DNA from: an uncultured Bacilli bacterium
Lineage (GTDB): Bacteria; Bacillota_I; Bacilli_A; RF39; UBA660
NCBI GenBank assembly: GCA_944329385.1
Contig: CALVIE010000003.1
Location: forward strand, 1-57,877
Reading direction: 5' to 3'
Length of the DNA: 57,877 nucleotides
Shown here: positions 1-9,190 of the stretch, one piece after another
Position numbering within the stretch: the stretch's first letter is position 1
Layout of the letters: each line of letters starts with the position of its first letter
Made by a program: the position numbers and the translations under genes
Notes under the pieces: model-generated
The model's database searches: none
What the model saw: the letters and a program-made list of their open reading frames with translations, nothing else
What the model was told of the DNA's origin: nothing

Positions 1-49
1 ATTATAGACACTTCCTTTCGTTGATTTTATTTTATCACTCTCTATATTT

Positions 50-361
50 TTGTGTCTATATATCTATACTAACACCAATATTATTGTAAATTATCCTAGA
101 AAAGAAAATGTTATTAAAGATAGATTATTTAATGATAGTTTAGATATTTTGTACTTAATTTATAAAGCTAATTATAGTAAAGATAGACGAAATATCCAAA
201 TTGAAATTCTAAGTAAAATTAGTATGCTTGATTTCTATTTAGAAAGAAGTTTAAAAAACAAATATATTAGTGAAAAACAATGCTTAAAAAAATCAAATCA
301 ACTACTTACTATCACTAAAATGGTACATGGATGGATTAAAAGTGATAAAAGTAAGTTATAA
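50..361 (+). CDS. Avd-like four-helix-bundle protein (DGR accessory variability determinant / 23S rRNA IVS protein family); N-terminus uncertain or shortened
   Basis: Helical pattern YPRKE..L..S.DILYLIYKAN...L..IS.LDFYLE..L...YIS......L......I.KM.HGWIKS is typical of Avd/IVS proteins. The 3' end overlaps the RT gene by 35 nt. The frame is open only from nt 8 and the start is TTG. Confidence 0.5.
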   Translation: MCLYIYTNTNIIVNYPRKENVIKDRLFNDSLDILYLIYKANYSKDRRNIQIEILSKISMLDFYLERSLKNKYISEKQCLKKSNQLLTITKMVHGWIKSDKSKL

Positions 362-1343
362 AGATTTATTAGATATTTATGAAAATGAAATATCCAAGAA
401 TGTTAAAAACAAGAAAAAGCTTTACAATTTTGAAAAATATAAAATCCAAAATATTACTAGAGCTATAAATAAAATAAACAATTTTGATAAAGAAGAATAT
501 AATATTTTCCTAATAAAAGAACCTAAAGAACGCATCGTCATGAGTTTAAATTTAGTAGATAAATTAATAAATCATTATATATCTAGAAAAATATTAATAC
601 CTAAATTAGAAAAATATTTAGATATTAGGAATGTTGCTACTAGAAAGAATATGGGCACTAGCTATGCCATTAAATTATTAAAAAAGTATTTAAACTTAAA
701 TAAAAAACATGGTGAATTTTATGCTTTAAAACTAGATATTTCTAAATATTTTTACAATATTGATCACACTAAATTAAAAAGTATGATTAAAGATAAATTA
801 AAAAGCGACGAATATAATTTGATATCTAAAATAATTGATAGTACAGACTATAAATATGTGAATGAAAAAATAAAAGTAATTAAAGAAAACAATAATGTAA
901 ATCATATACCTTACTATGCAAAAGGTAAAGGTCTGCCTATTGGGGGCTTATCCTTACAAATACTATCTACATATTATTTATCAGAAATAGATCACTTTAT
1001 TATTCATGATTTAAAAGTTAAATATTTCGTGCGTTATATGGATGATTTTATTTTAATAAATAATGATAAAGATTATTTAAAATACTGTTTAAAGCAAATA
1101 GAAAATAAATTAAAAGAATGTCATTTAAAATTAAATAACAAAAAAGTTCAAATAATAAATATTAAAAACGGTTTTACTTCTCTAGGCCACTATTTTATTT
1201 TAAAAAACAAATTAATAATAAAAAAATCAAATAGTGCGAAATATAAAATAAAAATAAATATCAAACTTAAAACAAAACTTTATAAACAAGAAAAAATTAC
1301 CTTTCAAAACTACTTCTGCTCTATAAATTCCTACAAAAACTAA
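327..1343 (+). CDS. Reverse transcriptase, diversity-generating-retroelement (DGR) type
   Basis: The motif series IKEPKERIV, ATRKNMGTSYA, LKLDISKYFYNIDH, GKGLPIGGLSLQ..YYLSEIDHF and RYMDDFILI matches the DGR RT pattern (EPK.R, SYA.R.G.G, LK.DI.KYF.SIDH, GLPIGNLTSQ, YMDD). Size is 338 aa and the Avd-like gene lies directly upstream. Confidence 0.8.
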   Translation: MDGLKVIKVSYKDLLDIYENEISKNVKNKKKLYNFEKYKIQNITRAINKINNFDKEEYNIFLIKEPKERIVMSLNLVDKLINHYISRKILIPKLEKYLDIRNVATRKNMGTSYAIKLLKKYLNLNKKHGEFYALKLDISKYFYNIDHTKLKSMIKDKLKSDEYNLISKIIDSTDYKYVNEKIKVIKENNNVNHIPYYAKGKGLPIGGLSLQILSTYYLSEIDHFIIHDLKVKYFVRYMDDFILINNDKDYLKYCLKQIENKLKECHLKLNNKKVQIINIKNGFTSLGHYFILKNKLIIKKSNSAKYKIKINIKLKTKLYKQEKITFQNYFCSINSYKN

Positions 1344-1353
1344 ACATAAATCA

Positions 1354-1382
1354 TTTACTTTTTTAATATATTTTGGTATAAT
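1354..1382 (+). promoter_or_regulatory. Putative sigma-A promoter of the rpsF operon (TTTACT-17-TATAAT), followed by a leader hairpin at 1410..1428
   Basis: The -35 and -10 hexamers have a 17-nt spacer. A GCTTTC-A7-GAAAGC hairpin lies in the leader before the strong SD GGAGGTG. Confidence 0.45.
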
Positions 1383-1456
1383 CATAGCCGAGTAATTAAT
1401 TTACTCCTTGCTTTCAAAAAAAGAAAGCCGAATTAGACCACAAGGAGGTGTAAAAA

Positions 1457-1747
1457 ATGAAAAACTATGAAATCATGTTTATTGTAAGACCAACATTAGG
1501 TGAAGATGAAGTAAAAAAAGTAGTAAATGATTTTAAAACAATCATCACTAAAAATGATGGTAAAGTAGCTAAAGAAGAAAACATGGGACAAAGAGAATTA
1601 GCTTATGAAATAAAGAATTTCAAAAGCGGTTATTACTTTGTTTTTGAAGTTGAAGCTGAAACAGATAAAGCGATTAAAGAATTTGACCGTTTAGCTCTTA
1701 TCAATAATGACATTGTTCGTCATTTAATTACAAAAATAGAAAAATAA
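1457..1747 (+). CDS. rpsF: 30S ribosomal protein S6
   Basis: MKNYEIMFIVRP start, 96 aa, in the classic rpsF-ssb-rpsR order. Confidence 0.95.
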   Translation: MKNYEIMFIVRPTLGEDEVKKVVNDFKTIITKNDGKVAKEENMGQRELAYEIKNFKSGYYFVFEVEAETDKAIKEFDRLALINNDIVRHLITKIEK

Positions 1748-1763
1748 GAAATGAGGTAGTTTT

Positions 1764-2222
1764 ATGAACAGAGTATGTTTAGTTGGTAGATTAACGGCAA
1801 AACCAGAATTGAGATATACAGGAAGCAATGTTCCTTATACAAGATTCTCACTCGCAGTAAATCGTACATTTAATAATGCCCAAGGAGAAAGACAAGCTGA
1901 CTTCATAAACATAGTAGTATGGCGTAGACAAGCTGAAAATGTCGCAAATTATTTAGACAAAGGTAGTCAAGTATCAATAGAAGGAAGAATCCAAACAGGA
2001 AGTTATACCGCTCAAGATGGAAGTAAAAGATATACTACAGATGTAGTTGCCGATAATGTTCAATTCTTAGATACAAAACGTCAAGCCGAAGCAAGAACAA
2101 ATAATCAATCACCTTATGATTATCAAGATGCTCCTGCTCCTATGAATGATGTTGATGTCGATAATGATCCTTTCGCAGATTTTGGAGATAACGTTTCAAT
2201 TGATGATAATTTCTTAGAATAG
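1764..2222 (+). CDS. ssb: Single-stranded DNA-binding protein
   Basis: MNRV.LVGRLT..PELRYT OB-fold start and an acidic C-terminal tail ending DDNFLE. Confidence 0.95.
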   Translation: MNRVCLVGRLTAKPELRYTGSNVPYTRFSLAVNRTFNNAQGERQADFINIVVWRRQAENVANYLDKGSQVSIEGRIQTGSYTAQDGSKRYTTDVVADNVQFLDTKRQAEARTNNQSPYDYQDAPAPMNDVDVDNDPFADFGDNVSIDDNFLE

Positions 2223-2231
2223 GAGGTAATT

Positions 2232-2447
2232 ATGGCAGAATTTCGTAGAAGAAAAAGAAAAGTATGTCAAATGTGTGCTGGTAAGCACGTAAGCTATAAA
2301 GACGATACTGTAAAAAAATATATTAGCTTAGATAAAGGTAAAATATTACCAAGAAGAATCACTGGTGCTTGTGCTAAACACCAAAGATATATTGCTAATG
2401 AAGTAAAAAAAGCTAGATTTATGGCTTTATTGCCATTTGTAAAATAA
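2232..2447 (+). CDS. rpsR: 30S ribosomal protein S18
   Basis: RRRKRKVC..C start, ILPRRITG and KHQR motifs, 71 aa. Confidence 0.95.
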   Translation: MAEFRRRKRKVCQMCAGKHVSYKDDTVKKYISLDKGKILPRRITGACAKHQRYIANEVKKARFMALLPFVK

Positions 2448-2477
2448 ACATTTGCTCAAACAGTAAATGTTTTTTTC
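2446..2477 (+). terminator. Rho-independent terminator after rpsR
   Basis: AAACATTT ... AAATGTTT stem followed by a T-run. Confidence 0.7.
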
Positions 2478-2528
2478 TTAAAAATTTCACAAATTAATGT
2501 TATAATGAAACTAAAAGGAGGATAATAA

Positions 2529-3050
2529 GTGGAAGAAAAAGAAACATCATTAAAAGATATTGTAAAAAATGATTATCAAGAACAAACAATTCTAGATTTA
2601 AACGTACCAGACAATAAAATAGGAATTGCTAGTGACCATAGAGGTTATAATCTAAAACAAAAACTAACAAAATATTTAACCAAAAAAGGATATACTGTTA
2701 TTGACTATGGTTGTGATGATAAAACCAGTCATGACTATCCAAAATATGGATTTAAACTAGGAAAAGCCGTTCGTGATGGCAAAGTTGAAAAAGGTATCGC
2801 AATTTGTGGTAGCGGTATAGGAATAAGCATCGCTTGCAACAAAGTAAGCAAAGTAAGATGTGCAAAAATAGATAATATTAAAGAAGCTAAATACACAAGA
2901 AAAGATAACGATGCCAACATAATGGCCATAAATGGAAATATGCCATTAATTAGAGCTAAAGATATAACAGATGTATTTTTAAAAACCCCTTTTAGTAATG
3001 AAACTCGCCATAAAAATCGCATAAAAATGCTAGATGATTATAGAGAATAA
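2529..3050 (+). CDS. rpiB: Ribose-5-phosphate isomerase B (RpiB/LacA/LacB family)
   Basis: GIASDHRGY..K, DYP and GIAICGSGIGISIACNK motifs. GTG start after AGGAGG. Confidence 0.85.
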   Translation: MEEKETSLKDIVKNDYQEQTILDLNVPDNKIGIASDHRGYNLKQKLTKYLTKKGYTVIDYGCDDKTSHDYPKYGFKLGKAVRDGKVEKGIAICGSGIGISIACNKVSKVRCAKIDNIKEAKYTRKDNDANIMAINGNMPLIRAKDITDVFLKTPFSNETRHKNRIKMLDDYRE

Positions 3051-3247
3051 TGGCACTAAAAGGCTTCATATACATAATAACTACAATCATCACTATTTGG
3101 GCTTTAGAAAGTATAAATATATCCGGCATATTTAAAAAAAATAGATATTACTCATCAAGGGTATTATATCTAATAGTCGCTATGGCTTTATCATACTTAG
3201 TCACAAATTTTTTCTATGATTTTTTCGCAAGTACGAAATTCATATAG
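3050..3247 (+). CDS. Small integral membrane protein, DUF1146 / YwzB-like
   Basis: WALESINISGIFKK......R.L.LIVAMALSYLV.NFFYD resembles B. subtilis YwzB. The start overlaps the rpiB stop (TAATG). Confidence 0.6.
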   Translation: MALKGFIYIITTIITIWALESINISGIFKKNRYYSSRVLYLIVAMALSYLVTNFFYDFFASTKFI

Positions 3248-3259
3248 AAAGGACAAGTT

Positions 3260-4171
3260 ATGAAAAAGTTCATTATAACTGCACTATTAGTTATTATAAT
3301 CCCTTTTTTATTTACCAAAATTTTTATTCAAACTGATGAAATAAAATTTAAATATAAAACAAATAATATAATTAGAGTCAAAGATGAAAAAACAAATCAA
3401 ATAATGATAATCCCTTTTGAAAAATATATAAAAGGTGTTGTCGCTGGTGAAATGCCTGCAACTTTTGAATTAGAAGCCCTGAAAGCCCAAGCCGTTGCTT
3501 CAAGAAGCTACGCCATGTATCAAATGACTGCAACTAAAGATAAAGAATATGATGTATTAAATACAACTGCCAATCAAGTATATCTAACAGATGAACAATT
3601 AAAAACAAATTGGAAAGAAAATTATCAAGAAAAAATAAATAAAATAAATAAAGCTGTTCAAGAAACAAACGGTGAATATCTAACTTATAATAATGAAATA
3701 GTTAACGCCATGTTTTTCTCTACCTCAGTAGGTAAAACAGAAAATAGCGAAGAAGTATTTGTTTCAAAATTGCCATATCTAAGAAGTGTTGATAGTAAAT
3801 GGGATGAATTATCACCTGTTTTTAATGATACATATACCTTTGACCTAAAAGATTTTTATACAAAATTAAGCTTACCTTATAATGAAAAACTAACAATTGA
3901 AATAACACAAAAAACATCAACTGGTAGAATAAGAAAACTAAAAATAAATAGTCAAGAAATAAATGGTAGAGATTTAGCTACTAAATTATCACTCCGTTCA
4001 AACTATTTTACAATAACTCAAAATAATGAAAAAATAACCATCACTACTAAAGGATTTGGCCATGGTGTTGGCATGAGTCAATATGGAGCAAATGGCATGG
4101 CTAAAGAAGGATATAAATATGATCAAATATTAAAACACTATTATCAAAATACCGAAATAAAAAAAATTTAG
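3260..4171 (+). CDS. spoIID: SpoIID/LytB domain protein (stage II sporulation protein D-like)
   Basis: LEALKAQAVASRSYA, AMFFSTSVGKTE and GHGVGMSQYGANGMA motifs. Confidence 0.85.
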   Translation: MKKFIITALLVIIIPFLFTKIFIQTDEIKFKYKTNNIIRVKDEKTNQIMIIPFEKYIKGVVAGEMPATFELEALKAQAVASRSYAMYQMTATKDKEYDVLNTTANQVYLTDEQLKTNWKENYQEKINKINKAVQETNGEYLTYNNEIVNAMFFSTSVGKTENSEEVFVSKLPYLRSVDSKWDELSPVFNDTYTFDLKDFYTKLSLPYNEKLTIEITQKTSTGRIRKLKINSQEINGRDLATKLSLRSNYFTITQNNEKITITTKGFGHGVGMSQYGANGMAKEGYKYDQILKHYYQNTEIKKI

Positions 4172-4218
4172 TATAAAAAACCCAAAACTATCCAAAATGA
4201 TAGTGAGAGGTGAAAAAA

Positions 4219-4857
4219 ATGAAAAAATTAAAAATAAAAAAACCAGTCATTTATAGTGCCTGCATCGCCGCCAGTCTTGCCCTAATTGGTGGTCTAATGT
4301 ATGCCAATACATCAAAACAAGATCTAAAACCAGAAGAAGACCTAATCTATGTCTCTAGACTATTTGATGATAATGTAACATCTGTAGTAAGTACACCGCA
4401 TGTAATAGTAAAACCATATACTAACACAAATATTAAAGTATTAAACACATTCTATGATTATCGAAGTGATGAAAGTACCCAGCAAAAATCCATTATTAAC
4501 TATGATACAACATACATTCAAAATAGCGGTGCATCTTATGGTGGTATAAATGAAACATTCGACGTTGTAAGCGTTTTACCAGGTACCGTCACATCAGTTA
4601 AAGAAGATAAACTAATGGGTAAAATTGTTACAATTGAGCACGATTCAAACATCATAACAACATACAAAAGTTTAAGTGAAGTTACCGTTAAAGAAGGCGA
4701 TAATGTAGCTCAAAGCACAGTCATTGGTAAAGCTGGCGAATCAAACTTAGAAAAAGATTTAGGAAAACACGTTTTATTTGAAATAACTGTTGATGGTAAA
4801 TATGTTAATCCAGAAAACTGTTTTAATAAAACAATCGACCAATTAAAGAGTAATTAA
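4219..4857 (+). CDS. M23/LytM-domain membrane protein (SpoIIQ-like)
   Basis: N-terminal TM segment. C-terminal GKIVTIEHD..I.T.Y.SL..V.VKEGD.V....IGKAG LytM-type beta-barrel pattern. Located next to spoIID. Confidence 0.6.
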   Translation: MKKLKIKKPVIYSACIAASLALIGGLMYANTSKQDLKPEEDLIYVSRLFDDNVTSVVSTPHVIVKPYTNTNIKVLNTFYDYRSDESTQQKSIINYDTTYIQNSGASYGGINETFDVVSVLPGTVTSVKEDKLMGKIVTIEHDSNIITTYKSLSEVTVKEGDNVAQSTVIGKAGESNLEKDLGKHVLFEITVDGKYVNPENCFNKTIDQLKSN

Positions 4858-5012
4858 AACTCTTTTTTTATATACTAGAAATTTGCTTTGTAAAAACAAA
4901 TTTTAAATAATCAAAACATCTGTTCAAAAAAATCTTTACAAAATAAATAGTTAAAACTCAAAAATTCATTTTAAAACATATAAATTATGTTATAATAAAA
5001 AAGGAGAAGCTT

Positions 5013-6026
5013 ATGAAGAAATTATGTATTATATTTATTATAACATTTTTAATAATGATTCCATCAGTAAATGCTAGTTCCGAAGGAAACAGAATAGCCG
5101 ACGCTGGAGCAAAATTAGCTGTTGGACTAAATGGAAATTATTATGTTAGATCACCAGGTACAAGAGTATCCGATCCGGCTGCTCAAAAATACATTAATGC
5201 TAGAGATTCATTAATACCAATAAGATCTTATCTGGGTGGCGATTACGCTAGTTGTGATATAACAGTATCTACAATCATAAGATATTCTGGTGTTGATCCA
5301 AACTTTGAACCCTTTGCTGTTCCTAAACAATGGGATTATATGGTAGCATCAGGAAAGTGGGAAATAGTTGGAAGGGGATATCATATAGGAGATGATTCTA
5401 GCCGGTTACGTCCAGGAGATGTTTTAGTCGTTGACAGAACTGTAGGTAACCAAGAAGCTAATATGCACATTTGGATTTTCTTAGGTAACAAAGCAGTTCA
5501 AAAATATTGGCCGGGAAATGATAGTGATGCAATACAAGGATCATATTCTTACACTCCATATGAAGCTTTTTACCCTAGCCTTTTTAAAGCTGCCACCAGT
5601 TGGGAACCGCCAAATAGATCATACGTAATTTTTAGGTATGATGGAGAAGATTATGTAGGAAATATCACAAAATGGGTTGAACAACTACAAGGATCATTTG
5701 AATTAGAAAAAATAGATGTATGTAGTATAATTTCTGGCACATTAAAAGATACATTAAATACATTATTTCAATATATATCTTTAGCTGGGATAATACTTTT
5801 AATTATTTTAACAATAATAGATTTAATAAAAGTAATTACTGGCAATCCTACAGAAAACTTTGTAAAATTTGGCCAAAACATAAAGGCAAGAATTATAACA
5901 TTAATCATATTATTAATATTGCCATTTTTGATAACCCTTATTATAGATGGAATTAATAAAATTGCTTCAATTACAGGATATCAGTCAGATAATCCATTAT
6001 GTGCTGTTGTTGAAAATAAAGAGTAG
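5013..6026 (+). CDS. Secreted protein with a possible Cys/His peptidase-like N-domain and two C-terminal TM helices
   Basis: Signal peptide. ASCDITVSTIIRYSG and HIWIFLG could form a Cys/His pair of NlpC/P60 or CHAP type (weak). Hydrophobic hairpin at the C-terminus. Confidence 0.3.
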   Translation: MKKLCIIFIITFLIMIPSVNASSEGNRIADAGAKLAVGLNGNYYVRSPGTRVSDPAAQKYINARDSLIPIRSYLGGDYASCDITVSTIIRYSGVDPNFEPFAVPKQWDYMVASGKWEIVGRGYHIGDDSSRLRPGDVLVVDRTVGNQEANMHIWIFLGNKAVQKYWPGNDSDAIQGSYSYTPYEAFYPSLFKAATSWEPPNRSYVIFRYDGEDYVGNITKWVEQLQGSFELEKIDVCSIISGTLKDTLNTLFQYISLAGIILLIILTIIDLIKVITGNPTENFVKFGQNIKARIITLIILLILPFLITLIIDGINKIASITGYQSDNPLCAVVENKE

Positions 6027-6056
6027 ACCATGAAATAGATTTTTCATGGTCTATTC
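6025..6056 (+). terminator. Hairpin terminator
   Basis: AGACCATGAAA ... TTTCATGGTCT 11-bp stem with a weak T-run. Confidence 0.5.
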
Positions 6057-6140
6057 AGAAAAAAAGTAAAAAAAAAGCATTCTTCATACTCCAAATAAGG
6101 ATAGGTATGATATAATATTTTAAGAAAAAAGGTGATAAAT

Positions 6141-7148
6141 ATGTTTTCAAAAGATATCGGAATAGATTTAGGAACAGCTAATGTTCTTATTTATATTAAA
6201 GGTCAAGGAATAGTTTTAAATGAACCAAGTGTTGTTGCTATCGACGAAGAAACCAAAAGACCAGTCGCCGTAGGAACGGCTGCTAAAGAAATGTTGGGTC
6301 GAACTCCAGGACAAGTAAGAGCGATAAGACCAATGAAAGATGGAGTAATTGCTGATTTTGAAATAACCGAAATAATGTTAAATAGTTTCATCAGAAAAGT
6401 CAATGGTAAAAGTTTTTTTGGTAGACCTAGAATTTTAATTTGTTGTCCATCAAATATTACACAAGTTGAAAAAAATGCCATTAGAGAAGCAGCTGAAAAA
6501 ACTGGTGCAAGAAAAGTATATCTTGAAGAAGAACCAAAAGTAGCTGCTGTTGGAGCTGGAATGGATATTTCTAAGCCAAGTGGCAATATGGTTATCGATA
6601 TTGGTGGAGGAACAACCGATGTTGCTGTTTTATCATTAGGTGGGATTGTTACATCATCATCAATTAAAATAGCCGGAAATGTTTTTGATAATGATATAAT
6701 AAAATATATTAGAGAAAAATATAAATTATTAATTGGTGATAGAACAGCTGAAGAAATAAAATTTGAAATTGGAACTGTCTTTCCAGGTGCTAGAAATGAA
6801 AAAATGGAAGTTAGAGGTAGAGATTTAGTCACAGGCTTGCCACATACTATAACTTTAACATCAGATGAAGTAGAAGAAGCTTTAAGAGAAAGCGCCTATA
6901 TTATTGTAAACACTGCTAAATCAGTCTTAGAACAAACACCTCCAGAACTATCAGCTGATATAATTGATAAAGGTATCGTTATAACTGGCGGCGGAGCTTT
7001 ATTAAATGGTATTGATCAATTGCTTTCTCATGAGTTAAAAGTACCTGTATTTGTAGCTGAAAGCCCATTAACTTGTGTAGTTGAAGGAACCGGTGTTTTA
7101 CTAGAAAATATTCCTTTACTAGAAAGTGGTTTAAATAAACGTTATTAG
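6141..7148 (+). CDS. mreB: Rod-shape-determining actin homolog MreB/Mbl
   Basis: DIGIDLGTANVL, DGVIAD, VIDIGGGTTDVAV and ITGGGALL motifs. ATG at 6141 follows AAGGTGA. Confidence 0.93.
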   Translation: MFSKDIGIDLGTANVLIYIKGQGIVLNEPSVVAIDEETKRPVAVGTAAKEMLGRTPGQVRAIRPMKDGVIADFEITEIMLNSFIRKVNGKSFFGRPRILICCPSNITQVEKNAIREAAEKTGARKVYLEEEPKVAAVGAGMDISKPSGNMVIDIGGGTTDVAVLSLGGIVTSSSIKIAGNVFDNDIIKYIREKYKLLIGDRTAEEIKFEIGTVFPGARNEKMEVRGRDLVTGLPHTITLTSDEVEEALRESAYIIVNTAKSVLEQTPPELSADIIDKGIVITGGGALLNGIDQLLSHELKVPVFVAESPLTCVVEGTGVLLENIPLLESGLNKRY

Positions 7149-7179
7149 TCCATAATAAAAAAATAGAAAGGGGATTTCT

Positions 7180-8583
7180 ATGGAACATACAAAAAACTTA
7201 AAAGAAAAACTATTTAGAAAAAAACAAAATGGTTGGGAAATGAATATAGACAAAGAAGAAATACAAAATTTTTCAAAAGAATATATATCATTTTTAAATA
7301 AAGCAAAAACTGAAAGAGAATGTGTTAAAGAATTTACAAAAATATTAGACGAAAATGGTTTCCAAAATATAAAAAACAAAGAAAATCTTAAAGCAGGAGA
7401 TAAAATATATTATATTAATAGACAAAAAAACATCTATGCCGCTGTTATTGGACAAGAAGATTTAAAAAATGGATTTAATATAATAGGAGCTCACATTGAT
7501 AGCCCAAGACTTGATTTAAAGCCTAATCCATTATATGAATCTGAAGATCTCGCTCTGTTCAAAACCCATTACTATGGAGGTATAAAAAAATATCAATGGG
7601 TCAACATTCCATTAAGCATGCATGGAGTAATTGTTACAAAAGATAATCAAAAAATTGAGATAAATATTGGAGAAAAAGACGATGAGCCAATATTTACTAT
7701 TGCTGATTTATTACCTCATTTGTCTAAACAGCAAGATAAAAAGAAATTAGAAGAAGCCATAAGTGGTGAAGATTTAAATATCTTAGTTGGAAGTATACCT
7801 TATGAAACAGATGAAGAAATATCAGAAAAAGTAAAATTAAATATCTTAAATATTTTGAATAAAAAATATGGTATAGTTGAAAGAGATTTTGTTAGTAGTG
7901 AAATTGAATTTACCCCAGCTATGAAAGCTAAAAGCTTAGGTTTTGATCAAAGTCTAGTTGCTGGATATGGCCAAGATGATAGAGTGTGTGCCTATACAAG
8001 TATCAGAGCTTTATTAAATGTAAATAATCCTAAAAAAACTGCAATTTGTCTTTTAGCCGATAAAGAAGAAATTGGTAGTATGGGAAATACTGGAATGTCT
8101 TCAAGAACATTTGAATATTTTATAAATGAAATATTAAATAAAACTATTGGCAATAAACCAGGATTATTAGATGAAATATTTCAAAACACTAAAGTTTTAT
8201 CTGCTGATGTTACTGGAGCCTATAATCCAAATTATCCAAGCACTTATGAAAAAAATAATGAATCTTATATTGGATATGGAATTTCCATTATCAAATATAC
8301 CGGTAGTGCCTCTAAAGGTGGTGCCTCAGATGCCAATGCTGAATACGTTGGATATATTAGAAATTTATTTGAAAAAAATAATATTGCCTATCAAAATAGC
8401 GAAATGGGTAAAATCGGGATTGGCGGCGGCGGAACAATTGCCTATATCTTAGCTGATAAAGGAACTGATGTTATCGACTGTGGTGTTCCTGTTCTATCAA
8501 TGCACTCACCTTATGAAATCACTAGTAAATTTGATATATATAATGCCTATAAAGCTTATGAAGTTTTCTATAAAGACGAGTAA
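7180..8583 (+). CDS. M18-family aminopeptidase
   Basis: IGAHIDSPRLDLKPNP, GYGQDDRVC, DKEEIGS and SMHSPYE motifs. Confidence 0.8.
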   Translation: MEHTKNLKEKLFRKKQNGWEMNIDKEEIQNFSKEYISFLNKAKTERECVKEFTKILDENGFQNIKNKENLKAGDKIYYINRQKNIYAAVIGQEDLKNGFNIIGAHIDSPRLDLKPNPLYESEDLALFKTHYYGGIKKYQWVNIPLSMHGVIVTKDNQKIEINIGEKDDEPIFTIADLLPHLSKQQDKKKLEEAISGEDLNILVGSIPYETDEEISEKVKLNILNILNKKYGIVERDFVSSEIEFTPAMKAKSLGFDQSLVAGYGQDDRVCAYTSIRALLNVNNPKKTAICLLADKEEIGSMGNTGMSSRTFEYFINEILNKTIGNKPGLLDEIFQNTKVLSADVTGAYNPNYPSTYEKNNESYIGYGISIIKYTGSASKGGASDANAEYVGYIRNLFEKNNIAYQNSEMGKIGIGGGGTIAYILADKGTDVIDCGVPVLSMHSPYEITSKFDIYNAYKAYEVFYKDE

Positions 8584-8595
8584 ATCGTCTTTTTG
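8572..8595 (+). terminator. Rho-independent terminator
   Basis: AAAGACGA-GTAAA-TCGTCTTT followed by Ts. Confidence 0.65.
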
Positions 8596-8623
8596 TGTGA
8601 TATAATATTGTTGGAGGGAAAAA

Positions 8624-9148
8624 ATGAATATAATTAATATCATAACAATAGTAATAGCTTTAGCCACTTGCTTTTTTGGTTATAAATTAAATAAAATATT
8701 AATATCGTTATTTGGTTTAATAATTGGTTTTAATTTAGGAGTAACATATTTACCAAATTTATTAACAGACCAAACAATCATATATATTATTTCAACAATA
8801 ATAGCCATAGCCGTTGGAATAATATCATACAAATTATATTTAATAGGAGTATTTCTATTATGCACCCTAACTGCATTCATATTAAGTGGCAATTTAAATC
8901 TATCAGAAAATTTACAAATAATAGTAAGTGTAGTAATTGGAATTGTAGCTGGAATATTAGGGGTCAAATTTACAAGACCAATAATGATAATATCAACCTC
9001 ATTAGCTGGTGCATCCGCTTTAATAGAAAATTTATTAACTTTATTTAATTTTCAAAATAACACAGTAGAAATCATATTGTTTATAATTATAACTATTTTA
9101 GGTATAATGTATCAATTTAAACAAAATGATGAAAATTCGCATTCTTAA
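8624..9148 (+). CDS. Multi-pass membrane protein (DUF4203-like)
   Basis: About 6 hydrophobic helices and no catalytic motif. Confidence 0.35.
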   Translation: MNIINIITIVIALATCFFGYKLNKILISLFGLIIGFNLGVTYLPNLLTDQTIIYIISTIIAIAVGIISYKLYLIGVFLLCTLTAFILSGNLNLSENLQIIVSVVIGIVAGILGVKFTRPIMIISTSLAGASALIENLLTLFNFQNNTVEIILFIIITILGIMYQFKQNDENSHS

Positions 9149-9190
9149 CAAAAATATGATAAAATATAATCCATTAGAGGTGAAATTTAT

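Noticed and set aside
1344-1456. Possible DGR template repeat directly downstream of the RT
   Set aside because: It is only 113 nt. It contains a good rpsF promoter, a leader hairpin and an SD, and shows no similarity to the VR candidate at 49630..49737.
2735-3022. 95-aa antisense ORF inside rpiB. Similar antisense or alternative-frame ORFs occur at 6203..6832, 6979..7379, 8171..8452, 8680..9048, 10488..10688, 12964..13170, 15215..15433, 17769..18044, 18914..19117, 21946..22152, 27174..27368, 28364..28929, 31153..31344, 35161..35352, 36304..36540, 39995..40477, 40772..40960, 41678..41953, 45623..46037, 49040..49243, 49599..49961, 51597..52002 and 55214..55399.
   Set aside because: Each lies fully within, and opposite or out of frame to, a gene with strong family motifs. 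They have low-complexity hydrophobic translations and no SD.
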